Under the pieces are notes generated by a model that did not search any database, was not told the origin of the DNA, and was given only the letters and a program-made list of their open reading frames with translations. DNA of 37,398 bases from NCBI GenBank assembly GCA_964509595.1, contig CAZDXX010000001.1:1-37398 (forward strand), in the 5' to 3' direction. This stretch comes from an uncultured Oscillospiraceae bacterium (lineage in GTDB: Bacteria > Bacillota > Clostridia > Oscillospirales > Oscillospiraceae). The position numbers were made by a program, and so were the translations under genes. Positions 1 through 8,099 of this stretch are shown here, in pieces. Position 1 is the stretch's first letter, and every line of letters starts with the position of its first letter.

Positions 1-53
<53 letters not shown>

Positions 54-69
54 GACTTGCGACTTGATT

Positions 70-98
70 ATTATACTCGAAGAAAATGGATTTGTAAA
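70..98 (-). promoter_or_regulatory. SigA-type promoter for the left tRNA-Ala
   Basis: On the minus strand: TTTACA (rc of 93-98), 17 nt, TATAAT (rc of 70-75). The -10 lies 16 nt upstream of the tRNA 5' end. Confidence 0.6.
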
Positions 99-121
99 GC
101 CTTAATTTCAAATTTCAAAAG

Positions 122-158
122 TTTTTTGAGCCCTCGCAATGGTTGCGAGGGCTCATTT
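122..158. terminator. GC-rich hairpin downstream of the SulP gene; terminator-like
   Basis: Perfect 12-bp stem GAGCCCTCGCAA (128-139) / TTGCGAGGGCTC (143-154). It is flanked by T6 on the left and ATTT on the right. No clean U-tract follows it in the minus-strand sense, so function as an intrinsic terminator is uncertain. Confidence 0.35.
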
Positions 159-177
159 ACTCACTTACATTATTTGC

Positions 178-1398
178 TTACGCTCTACCTTTGCGGTCAA
201 ACAACCAGAACACAAAAGTCAGGATCAGGCCGGCACCTACACCATACATAAAATTGCTCGTAGCCACAGTCAAAACAACAGTCAAAATAATAACAATAGT
301 TTCCTGCACAGATTTTTTGTCCCGGTTCTTAAACATGCTCACAAGATTCTTCCAGTCAAAAGTGGTAATGGAAACATAAATCATAACCGCAATCAACGCA
401 GCCAAAGGAATTGCACCAAGTACCGCCGAACCAAACCCTAGCAGACAAGCAAGCAGCAAACCGGAAATCAGCGTAGACAGTCGGCCACGACCACCAGACT
501 CCACATTAGCGATAGCTTGTCCCATCATGGCGCAACCAGGCATTGCTCCGATCAGTCCGCAAGCCAAGTTACCTATGCCCTGTGCACAACACTCACGGTT
601 TTTGTTGCTTTCGGAAGCAGTCATGCTATCCACAACTCGCGAAGTCAACAAGGTTTCCAACAGTCCTACAAAAGCCAGTGAAACAGAGTAAGGCAAAATA
701 ATCTTCAACGTATCCACATTGAAATCTACTTGAGGTAACTGAATCGTAGGCCATGCCGCCTTTAGATTTCCCAAATCGCTGATCATAGTGACATCGGCAT
801 TTCCACCAAACAGCCCCACAACCAAACTGACAACCGTCACCACAATGATAGAAACCAACGTAGAAGGGATAGCCTTGGTAATACGAGGGAACAAATAAAT
901 AACCAATAACCCGATTGCAATAAAAGCAAACATTTTGATTGTACCACTAGCCGAACCATGAAGATTAGCAAAGCAACTGCTCACCTGAGACTTAAAAATG
1001 ATGATAGCCAAGGCATCACAGAACCCAACCACCACCGTGTTAGGCACAAATTTCAACAGATTGCCCACGCGGCAAAGGCCCAGAACAAACTGAATGACAC
1101 CAGCCAACAGCACGGCCGCAAACAAATATTGCACACCATAATTTTTAATCAACGCCACAACAACCACAGCCATGGATCCCGCACCTGCGGAAACCATAGC
1201 CGGGCGACCACCAAAAATAGACATCAGGATCAAAAATGCAATGGAAGTATACAGGCCCAAAATAGGATCAACACCTGCAACAATGGTAAATCCAATTACC
1301 TCAGGAATAACCGAAAAAGCCGATACACAGCCACCGAGAATGTCTCCCTTAATATTTCCATTCCATTCGCGAAGTTCTCTTTGAAAAAATGTACGCAT
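178..1398 (-). CDS. SulP-family inorganic anion transporter, short form without a C-terminal STAS domain
   Basis: 406-aa polytopic ORF whose N-terminal and core helices are typical of the SulP/SLC26 family (GDILGG..SAFSVIPEVIGFTIVAGVDPILGLYTSI...GGRPAMVSAGAGSMAVV). The protein ends right after the last hydrophobic segment. Confidence 0.8.
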   Translation of the reverse strand: MRTFFQRELREWNGNIKGDILGGCVSAFSVIPEVIGFTIVAGVDPILGLYTSIAFLILMSIFGGRPAMVSAGAGSMAVVVVALIKNYGVQYLFAAVLLAGVIQFVLGLCRVGNLLKFVPNTVVVGFCDALAIIIFKSQVSSCFANLHGSASGTIKMFAFIAIGLLVIYLFPRITKAIPSTLVSIIVVTVVSLVVGLFGGNADVTMISDLGNLKAAWPTIQLPQVDFNVDTLKIILPYSVSLAFVGLLETLLTSRVVDSMTASESNKNRECCAQGIGNLACGLIGAMPGCAMMGQAIANVESGGRGRLSTLISGLLLACLLGFGSAVLGAIPLAALIAVMIYVSITTFDWKNLVSMFKNRDKKSVQETIVIILTVVLTVATSNFMYGVGAGLILTFVFWLFDRKGRA

Positions 1399-1430
1399 AT
1401 ATTCCCTCTCTCCTCTTTATAACTCTTCTC

Positions 1431-1458
1431 ATTTTAACGGTTTTTTTACATTTTGCAA
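1431..1458 (-). promoter_or_regulatory. Possible SigA promoter of the SulP gene
   Basis: Minus strand: TTGCAA (rc of 1453-1458), 16 nt, TAAAAT (rc of 1431-1436), about 33 nt upstream of the ATG at 1398. Confidence 0.35.
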
Positions 1459-1475
1459 CAAAAAAGATTTTTTCC

Positions 1476-1504
1476 TTGCCAGTTTTAAAGTTTAATTGTA
1501 TACT
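1476..1504 (+). promoter_or_regulatory. Possible SigA promoter of the NSS transporter gene
   Basis: TTGCCA (1476-1481), 17 nt, TATACT (1499-1504), about 100 nt upstream of the start codon. Confidence 0.45.
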
Positions 1505-1606
1505 TCAAATATTGTTCATTTTTGCAGGCGTTTCCATTTTTTCATTTATACCACGTACAGATTCACATATGGATTGCGCCAATGCATTATCAGAGGAGAG
1601 AATTTC

Positions 1607-3022
1607 ATGGAGAACAAACAAAAACGCAGTACCTTTACCGGCTCACTTGGCTTCGTTTTGGCCGCTGCCGGCAGTGCCGTTGGCCTGGGTAATATCTGGC
1701 GCTTCCCCTATCTGGCCGCAAAAGATGGTGGTGGCATTTTTCTGCTTTGCTACCTGATTCTGGCCCTAACATTTGGTTTTACCCTTTTGACTACTGAAAT
1801 TGCAATCGGCCGCAAGACCGGTCAGAGCCCCCTGACCGCTTATCGCCAGCTTCACCCCAAAATGGGTTGGGTCGGCACTATCGCCTGCATCATCCCCATG
1901 TTGATTCTTCCCTACTACAGCGTCATCGGCGGCTGGGTTCTGAAATATCTGGCTACTTATCTGACAGGCAACGGTATGGCCGCTGTGGACAGCAGCTATT
2001 TCGATGGTTTTATCACCGCTCAGTGGGAACCCATCATCTGGTTCTTGATTTTCTTGGCTGCCACCATGTTCGTGGTGTATAAAGGCGTAGATAAGGGTAT
2101 TGAAAAGCTTTCCAAAATTCTGATGCCCGCCCTGTTGGTGCTGATTTTCGGCATCGCCATTTTCTCCCTGACCCTGAAGCATACCGATGATACAGGCGTA
2201 ACCCGTACCGGCCTGCAGGGTCTGTCCATCTATCTGATACCCAACTTCGACGGCATGACTCTGAAGCAGTTTCTAGTGGTCTTGACCGACGCCATGGGTC
2301 AACTGTTCTACTCCATCAGCGTTGCCATGGGCATCATGATCACCTACGGCTCCTACGTCAAGAAGGAGACCAACCTAATCAAGTCCGTCAACCAGATTGA
2401 GATCTGCGATACCGTCGTGGCCTTTCTGGCCGGACTGATGATCGTCCCTGCCGTGTTCACCTTTATGGGTAGCGAGGGTCTGTCCAACAGCGGCACCGAC
2501 CTGATGTTCGTGGCTCTGCCTAAGGTCTTCGGCGCAATGGGGCCCGTGGTTGGCACTATCATCGGCATTGCTTTCTTCGTTACTGTCGCCTTCGCTGCAC
2601 TTACCTCTTCGGTTTCCATTCTGGAAGCCATCGTTTCCAGTGTTATGGATAAGTTCCACTGGGATCGCAAGAAGTCCTGTATCGTCATCACCCTAATCGC
2701 CCTAGCCATTGGTTTGGTGGTCTGTCTGGGCTACAATCTGTTCTTTTTCCGCATAACCCTGCCCAACACACCTGCCGGTAAAAGCGCTCAAATTCTGGAC
2801 ATCCTGGACTACGCCAGCAACTATGTCCTAATGCCTATCGTATCCATCGCAACATGCATCCTGATTGGATGGCTGGTCAAACCCAAGACCATTATCGACG
2901 AGGTCACTCTGGGCGGCTTCAAATTTGGCCGTGAAAAGCTGTATGTGATCATGGTCAAGTATGTAACACCTGTGTTGCTGTTCCTCCTGCTGCTGCAGGC
3001 ATTGGGCATTGTCAAACTGTAA
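1607..3022 (+). CDS. Sodium-dependent transporter, neurotransmitter:sodium symporter (NSS/SNF) family
   Basis: The N-terminal NSS signature is GSLGFVLAAAGSAVGLGNIWRFPYLAAKDGGG, with about 11-12 hydrophobic segments. Start chosen at ATG 1607 (MENKQKRSTF) behind the RBS GAGGAGAG (1593-1600). The upstream part of the 1496 ORF has no RBS and reads as junk. Confidence 0.9.
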   Translation: MENKQKRSTFTGSLGFVLAAAGSAVGLGNIWRFPYLAAKDGGGIFLLCYLILALTFGFTLLTTEIAIGRKTGQSPLTAYRQLHPKMGWVGTIACIIPMLILPYYSVIGGWVLKYLATYLTGNGMAAVDSSYFDGFITAQWEPIIWFLIFLAATMFVVYKGVDKGIEKLSKILMPALLVLIFGIAIFSLTLKHTDDTGVTRTGLQGLSIYLIPNFDGMTLKQFLVVLTDAMGQLFYSISVAMGIMITYGSYVKKETNLIKSVNQIEICDTVVAFLAGLMIVPAVFTFMGSEGLSNSGTDLMFVALPKVFGAMGPVVGTIIGIAFFVTVAFAALTSSVSILEAIVSSVMDKFHWDRKKSCIVITLIALAIGLVVCLGYNLFFFRITLPNTPAGKSAQILDILDYASNYVLMPIVSIATCILIGWLVKPKTIIDEVTLGGFKFGREKLYVIMVKYVTPVLLFLLLLQALGIVKL

Positions 3023-3032
3023 TCTCTTTGCA

Positions 3033-3074
3033 TAAAAATGAAGCGCTTGGAATTATCCGAGCGCTTCATTTTTA
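3033..3074. terminator. Bidirectional intrinsic terminator between the convergent NSS and flavin reductase genes
   Basis: A5 tract, stem ATGAAGCGCT (3038-3047), 12-nt loop, stem AGCGCTTCAT (3060-3069), T5 tract. Confidence 0.8.
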
Positions 3075-3100
3075 TCTATTGCTTTCTTGCAAATAGCGTC

Positions 3101-3658
3101 TTATTTCAGCTTTTTACCATCCGAAAACGCATTGCCAACTTTTTTCCCAAGTGTAAAATAACCATGGTTGACGGGATCGTAGGTAATGGGATTCAACTTA
3201 ATGGGATCAATATTTCCATCCGTCAAAATCCGATCATCCGCACAAATATTAACAATCTCGCCAATAAGAAGTTCAGACTCTTCGTCAAAGCTAATCAGCT
3301 TACATTCAAGCGCCATAGGCAGTTCATCGATCAATGGTGCATCCACAAACTCACTTTTGGTGGTGTGCCAACCGGCTTTCTTCAACTTATCCGGCGTATT
3401 GCTTCCGGAAACGATGCCTACATAATCAGCTTCCACCACATTTGCGGCATCAGCCACGCTGACAGTAAAGGCCTTCTTTTTCAAAATATTTTCCATGGTC
3501 TTGTGGTTACCGGCCACATAGATGGCAACTCGGTTCATATCCGCAATACAGCCCCAAGCGGCGTTCATCGCATTGGGAATACCATTTTCATCGTAGCTGG
3601 CGATGATCAAAACAGGCATAGGGTACAGGAACGGTTTGGCCCCAAAATTCTTTCTCAT
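3101..3658 (-). CDS. Flavin reductase-like (FMN-binding split-barrel) family protein
   Basis: 185-aa ORF: FGAKPFLYPMPVLIIASYDENGIPNAMNAAWG...VAIYVAGNHKTMENI. This N-terminal pattern is typical of the flavin reductase family. Confidence 0.7.
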   Translation of the reverse strand: MRKNFGAKPFLYPMPVLIIASYDENGIPNAMNAAWGCIADMNRVAIYVAGNHKTMENILKKKAFTVSVADAANVVEADYVGIVSGSNTPDKLKKAGWHTTKSEFVDAPLIDELPMALECKLISFDEESELLIGEIVNICADDRILTDGNIDPIKLNPITYDPVNHGYFTLGKKVGNAFSDGKKLK

Positions 3659-3680
3659 TTTATTTCCTCCTCGCTTAAGA

Positions 3681-3713
3681 ACAGCCCGTTCGAGAAAATC
3701 TCAAACGGGCTGT
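3681..3713 (-). terminator. Hairpin immediately after the uxaC stop codon; probable operon terminator
   Basis: Minus-strand RNA: TAA-CAA-ACAGCCCGUUUGAG-AUUUU-CUCGAACGGGCUGU-UCUU. The stem is long and GC-rich but the U-tract is weak. Confidence 0.5.
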
Positions 3714-3716
3714 TTG

Positions 3717-5099
3717 TTAAAATCCAAAATAACGCACTGCATTTTTCCAGCAGATATCTTCGACCAAAGCTCCCAAAGTTTCCATATCGCCGGGATACTC
3801 GCCTTGTTCGACCAATTGGCCAATCTTATTACATAGGATGCGGCGGAAATATTCATGGCGCGCAAAGGAAGTAAAACTGCGGGAGTCCGTCAGCATGCCT
3901 ACGGAACCGGACAACAGGCCGGTCTCCATCAGCTGATCCAGCTGCTCAGAAATACCACGATAATGGTCAAGCAGCCACCAGGCTGCACCATACTGCACTT
4001 TGGCACCATTAGCAGCAAAGTTGACCGCCATGGTGGACAAAACTGCGCTGTCCGCGGGATTCATGTTATAGAGGATCGTTTTGGGCAGCGCATCGTTCGC
4101 TTCCAAATCACTCAGGAACGCACTGAGCAGGAAAGGATCCGTGGTCTCACCAATACTGTCGCCGCCGGCATCGGCGCCGAAGGCCGCAATCAGCTTTGGA
4201 GAATTATTACGGATGGGACCCAGGTGCAGCTGCATGACCAGATCCCGGCGAGTGTACTCCTCTGCCAGGAAGCGAAGCAGAGCCCCCTGATACACAGCAA
4301 CCTCTTCCTCTGTCAGTTCAGCACCCGACAAGGCTTTTTCCATGACAGGCGCCGGATCACCCACCGCATAACGGAAGTGAATAAATGCGTGGTCAGTTAC
4401 ACGGCACCCAACCTGACAGAAGAAGTCCAGAGACTTGCTTAGCGCACTCAGCAGGCTGTTCCAGTCGGTAATCACACCGTAGCGAGCACCCAACTGCTCA
4501 ATGGCGGTCATCCAGGGTAGCTGATCAATGTGCAGAAAACGATCCGGACGGAAAGAAGGCAGTGTGCGGAAGGGAATTTCCTTCTCCTCTGCCAGCTTAT
4601 AATGCCACTCCAACGTATCTGCAGGGTCATCCGTGGTGCAAAGAATCTGCACCTTTGCCTTAGCCAGCAAAGATACAGCGTCAAAACCGTCACTACGCAG
4701 CATCTCGCAGGTTTTGTCCCAAATCTCTTTTGCAGTCTTCTCAGTCAGAGGTGTATCAATATCGAAGTACCGACGCAGCTCCAAATGGGCCCAGTGATAA
4801 ACCGGGTTTCCAATCAGGCGGGGCATGATTTGGGCAAAGCGGAAAAACTTTTCGTAATCCGGTGCATCGCCGGTGATGTACTCTTCCGGCACCCCACATA
4901 CACGCATACAGCGCCACTTATAGTGATCGGCCTCCAGCCAAAGCTGAGTCAGGTTCTCATAGCGGCGGCGCTGGAAAATCTCGCGGGGATTCAGGTGGTT
5001 GTGATAGTCGATGATGGGACACTCTCTTGCATGCTCGTGGTACAGCCAATAGGCAGTCTCACTGGTCAGCAGGAAGCCCTTATTCATAAAAGGTTTCAT
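3717..5099 (-). CDS. uxaC: Glucuronate isomerase (uronate isomerase)
   Basis: The N-terminus FMNKGFLLTSETAYWLYHEHARECPIIDYHNHLNPREI and overall length (460 aa) are typical of UxaC. Start set at ATG 5099, 1 nt after the upstream stop. The 30-codon extension of the raw ORF overlaps the upstream gene. Confidence 0.9.
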   Translation of the reverse strand: MKPFMNKGFLLTSETAYWLYHEHARECPIIDYHNHLNPREIFQRRRYENLTQLWLEADHYKWRCMRVCGVPEEYITGDAPDYEKFFRFAQIMPRLIGNPVYHWAHLELRRYFDIDTPLTEKTAKEIWDKTCEMLRSDGFDAVSLLAKAKVQILCTTDDPADTLEWHYKLAEEKEIPFRTLPSFRPDRFLHIDQLPWMTAIEQLGARYGVITDWNSLLSALSKSLDFFCQVGCRVTDHAFIHFRYAVGDPAPVMEKALSGAELTEEEVAVYQGALLRFLAEEYTRRDLVMQLHLGPIRNNSPKLIAAFGADAGGDSIGETTDPFLLSAFLSDLEANDALPKTILYNMNPADSAVLSTMAVNFAANGAKVQYGAAWWLLDHYRGISEQLDQLMETGLLSGSVGMLTDSRSFTSFARHEYFRRILCNKIGQLVEQGEYPGDMETLGALVEDICWKNAVRYFGF

Positions 5100-5100
5100 A

Positions 5101-6375
5101 TCAGAACTTCTCCCGGTTGATCCACAGTCCCAGAGCAGGATTGGGAACGTAATAGATTTCCTCGCCATCAGGCAGAGTGTTGTAGCCATACCGCAGCTTC
5201 TCAGGATCGTAGCGCTTCACCATCTCGTCGTAGTCAGCAGCCTGGAAGCCAACGCCTTCCACTTCCTCCTTGGTGATGTTCTTCACCGCATAAGTAATGG
5301 TGAAACGATCATCAGAGGATCCATGGATCAGATGAGCAGCAGCACCCATATTGTCACGCAGGTCCTGATTCTCGGGTTTTTCAAACTGCTCCAGCGTATT
5401 AAGGCGACCACGGTAGCCGTACTTACGAATCAGCAGGTCTACCTGAGGATCCTCGCCAAAACGCTCAATACCGGGAGCCAGAACCAGCAGTTCACCACCA
5501 TCAGCAATTGCCATACGGGTGCGGTAAACAGACTTATTACCCAGCCATGTGCTCTTGAACTCATCGGGAGTCAGATAGACCACACACTTTTTGATGCCGG
5601 TGTCCACGAAGTCAATGTTCTTCTCCTGAGCGAGTTCAATAGCAGCCTCCAGCACCTTGCGGGTATCGCCAATAAACAAACCATGGGTATGAATATTGCC
5701 GCCGGGAGCAGTACAGACGGTAAGTACAAACAGGATGGGGCGCTCGTTCAGGAAGTGCTCCATGCCATAGTCAAAAATCTTACGCACCGGGGTGTGATCT
5801 TTGCCCATCATGCGCTCCATGCCATAGACAGCCCCCACCATGTGGCTCTTGTTGATCATATCACTGCCGCCCACGCCTACAAACAGGTTCTTGGAGTGGT
5901 TAGCCATGCCAATGACCTCGTGCGGAACCACCTGGCCCGGAGAGATGATCAAATCATACTTCTCATCCATGACCATGCGATTGATCTCAACGCTGACAGG
6001 ATCATGCCACAGACCCTCGGTGATCTCCTCCAAATACTCGGCAGGTACTTCACCGATTTTCATAACGTCAGTACGCCAGTTATGGGGAATAAATTTCTCG
6101 TAGGGGATGTCACCAAACATAACGGAAGCTTCCTCTTCCGTGACAGGCACATGGGTGCCCAGCGCAGGAAGGATATCCACTTCACAGCCCATTTCTACCA
6201 ACGCATGATAGTAGACATTGGTAATATACCCGGCATTGGAATGGAAACGAGTAAAATCAGGTGGAATGATCAAAACATTCTTTAACGTGCGGCCTTCCAA
6301 ACTGGCCAGAAGTGCCTCACGAATCTCTTCCCTACTCAGTCCCTGTTCGCTTTTTGCATAAACAAAGTTCTCCAT
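5101..6375 (-). CDS. LarA-family (lactate racemase-like, nickel-pincer cofactor dependent) protein; candidate aldonate 2-epimerase
   Basis: 424 aa, the same length as L. plantarum LarA as I recall it. Blocks that align by eye to LarA functional motifs: PPDFTR (LarA SDHTR), LGTHVP (GFHRP, His108), VVPHEVIGMANHSKN (ESHFFAGFSGGRK, His174 and Lys184), INKSHM (MANHS, His200). Confidence 0.7.
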   Translation of the reverse strand: MENFVYAKSEQGLSREEIREALLASLEGRTLKNVLIIPPDFTRFHSNAGYITNVYYHALVEMGCEVDILPALGTHVPVTEEEASVMFGDIPYEKFIPHNWRTDVMKIGEVPAEYLEEITEGLWHDPVSVEINRMVMDEKYDLIISPGQVVPHEVIGMANHSKNLFVGVGGSDMINKSHMVGAVYGMERMMGKDHTPVRKIFDYGMEHFLNERPILFVLTVCTAPGGNIHTHGLFIGDTRKVLEAAIELAQEKNIDFVDTGIKKCVVYLTPDEFKSTWLGNKSVYRTRMAIADGGELLVLAPGIERFGEDPQVDLLIRKYGYRGRLNTLEQFEKPENQDLRDNMGAAAHLIHGSSDDRFTITYAVKNITKEEVEGVGFQAADYDEMVKRYDPEKLRYGYNTLPDGEEIYYVPNPALGLWINREKF

Positions 6376-6386
6376 AGGAACCTCCG

Positions 6387-7235
6387 TTACACGCCACTAT
6401 AAGCGCTGAAACCGCCATCGACTGGAATCACGATGCCGGTAACGAAAGAAGCTGCCTTCTCGTCCACCAGGAACAGCAATGCGCCCAACAGCTCCTCAGG
6501 ATTGCCAAAACGGCCCATGGGAGTGGCGCCCAGAATCTTGCCGGTGCGGGCAGTGGGAGTGCCGTCCTCATTCCACAGCAGAGCCTTGTTCTGCTCAGTG
6601 GAGAAGAAGCCGGGAGCGATGGCGTTGACACGGATGCCAACCTTGCTGAAGTGGACAGCAAGCCACTGAGTAAAGTTGGAAATGGCAGCCTTTGCACCGG
6701 AATAAGCGGGGATCTTGGTCAGCGGAGTGTAGGCATTCATGGAGCTGACATTCAGGATAGTACAACCTTCCCGGCCGACCATGTCCTGAGCAAATGCCTG
6801 AGTAGGCAACAGAGTGCCGACAAAATTCAAATCCATTACAAACCGGAAGCCTTCTTCATCCAGGTCAAAGAAAGACTTGGTATCAGCCTCAATATCACCC
6901 AGTTCAAAGTACTCCTTGTCGGTATTGGCGCGGGCATTATTGCCGCCGGCACCGTTGATCAGGATATCGCACTTGCCATAGATCTTCAGGACTTCTTCAT
7001 GGGCAGCTTTCACGCTGGCAGAATTCGTCACATCTACCTGTACCGCAGCAGCCTCGCCACCTGCAGCGCGGACCTCCTCCGCCAGAACCTCAGCCTTGGC
7101 CAGAGTTCGATTCAGGATCGCTACCTTAGCGCCGCACTGAGCCAGCGCACGAACAAACTCACTGCACAGCACACCGGCACCGCCGGTGACAACCGCAACC
7201 TTACCATTCAAATCAGGCTTAAAAGGAAGATTCAT
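6387..7235 (-). CDS. SDR-family oxidoreductase, UxuB/YjmF-type D-mannonate (fructuronate) oxidoreductase-like
   Basis: It has GKVAVVTGGAGVLC (Rossmann), NGAGGN, the long insert ...FFDLDEEGFRFVMDLNFVGTLLPTQAF characteristic of UxuB-type SDRs, and the YSGAK catalytic pair. Start set at ATG 7235 behind GGGAAAGAGG; the raw ORF begins at a TTG inside the RBS. Confidence 0.75.
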   Translation of the reverse strand: MNLPFKPDLNGKVAVVTGGAGVLCSEFVRALAQCGAKVAILNRTLAKAEVLAEEVRAAGGEAAAVQVDVTNSASVKAAHEEVLKIYGKCDILINGAGGNNARANTDKEYFELGDIEADTKSFFDLDEEGFRFVMDLNFVGTLLPTQAFAQDMVGREGCTILNVSSMNAYTPLTKIPAYSGAKAAISNFTQWLAVHFSKVGIRVNAIAPGFFSTEQNKALLWNEDGTPTARTGKILGATPMGRFGNPEELLGALLFLVDEKAASFVTGIVIPVDGGFSAYSGV

Positions 7236-7259
7236 AATCAATAACCTCTTTCCCAATAT

Positions 7260-8099
7260 TTATTCTTCGTTGAAACAGAACTTTTCAATTCCGCGGGCCA
7301 CACCATCTTCATCGCAGGACAGCGTAATCCAGTCTGCCACTTGCTTGACTTCGTCATCAGCGTTGGCCATTACTACCCCTATCCCAGCATCTCTGAGCAT
7401 AGAAAGGTCATTCAGGCCATCACCAAAAGATAGAGTTGCTTCGCGGGAAACATTCAGATGATCAGCCAAGGCCGTTAAAGCTTCTCCTTTATTGGCACGA
7501 AGCTGGTTGATTTCCACATTATCTGAAACGGAACTGGACACACAAAGGTTTTCAAAACGTTCAGGAAGCTCTTCCATCAACTGTAGACGCAGTTCAGGCT
7601 GATCGGTAAAAAACTGAATCTTTTGTACGCCTTTTTTTCGCTGTGTCACAACTTCCTTCAGTTCCGGTACCGGCTGACGAAACTCATGAAGCATTTTACG
7701 ATAATGCTCGCTTGCTACAATGCGGTCGATATGCTCCTTTTGGGAAGCCGTCATCCAAGCCGCATTGCCTTGATAGCAGTCATAGATTACAGGATACTCA
7801 TCCAACAACGTCATGATATCTATTGCCTGCTCCCAGGGAATCTCAGCTTTGTAAATGACCTCTCCCGTCTGCAGATCAGCCACTTCCGCCCCGTTAATAG
7901 TAATTGCATAATGGACAAACGGCAGTTTACGGATAACCTCTGGCATACCGTCATAAAAGCGACCGGTAGTCGGAACGACCTCAATACCGGCATTGGCCGC
8001 TCTTTCCAGAGCGGCCAAGTTTCCGGCAGATAATTCTTTGTTGGAATTCAGCAGTGTACCGTCCAAATCCAGAGCAATGATCCGAATGGGATTATGCAT
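7260..8099 (-). CDS. Cof-type HAD-IIB family hydrolase (sugar-phosphate phosphatase-like)
   Basis: IRIIALDLDGTLLNS (HAD motif I), VVPTTGR (motif II), SFGDGLNDLSML (motif IV). Start at ATG 8099 (MHNPIR), overlapping the gnd stop by 8 nt. The longer raw ORF lies inside gnd. Confidence 0.85.
   Translation of the reverse strand: MHNPIRIIALDLDGTLLNSNKELSAGNLAALERAANAGIEVVPTTGRFYDGMPEVIRKLPFVHYAITINGAEVADLQTGEVIYKAEIPWEQAIDIMTLLDEYPVIYDCYQGNAAWMTASQKEHIDRIVASEHYRKMLHEFRQPVPELKEVVTQRKKGVQKIQFFTDQPELRLQLMEELPERFENLCVSSSVSDNVEINQLRANKGEALTALADHLNVSREATLSFGDGLNDLSMLRDAGIGVVMANADDEVKQVADWITLSCDEDGVARGIEKFCFNEE

Noticed and set aside
5100-5189. 30-codon N-terminal extension of the uxaC ORF
   Set aside because: It overlaps the 3' end of the LarA-like gene. 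The UxaC family begins around MKPFMNKGFLL, and ATG 5099 follows the upstream stop by 1 nt.
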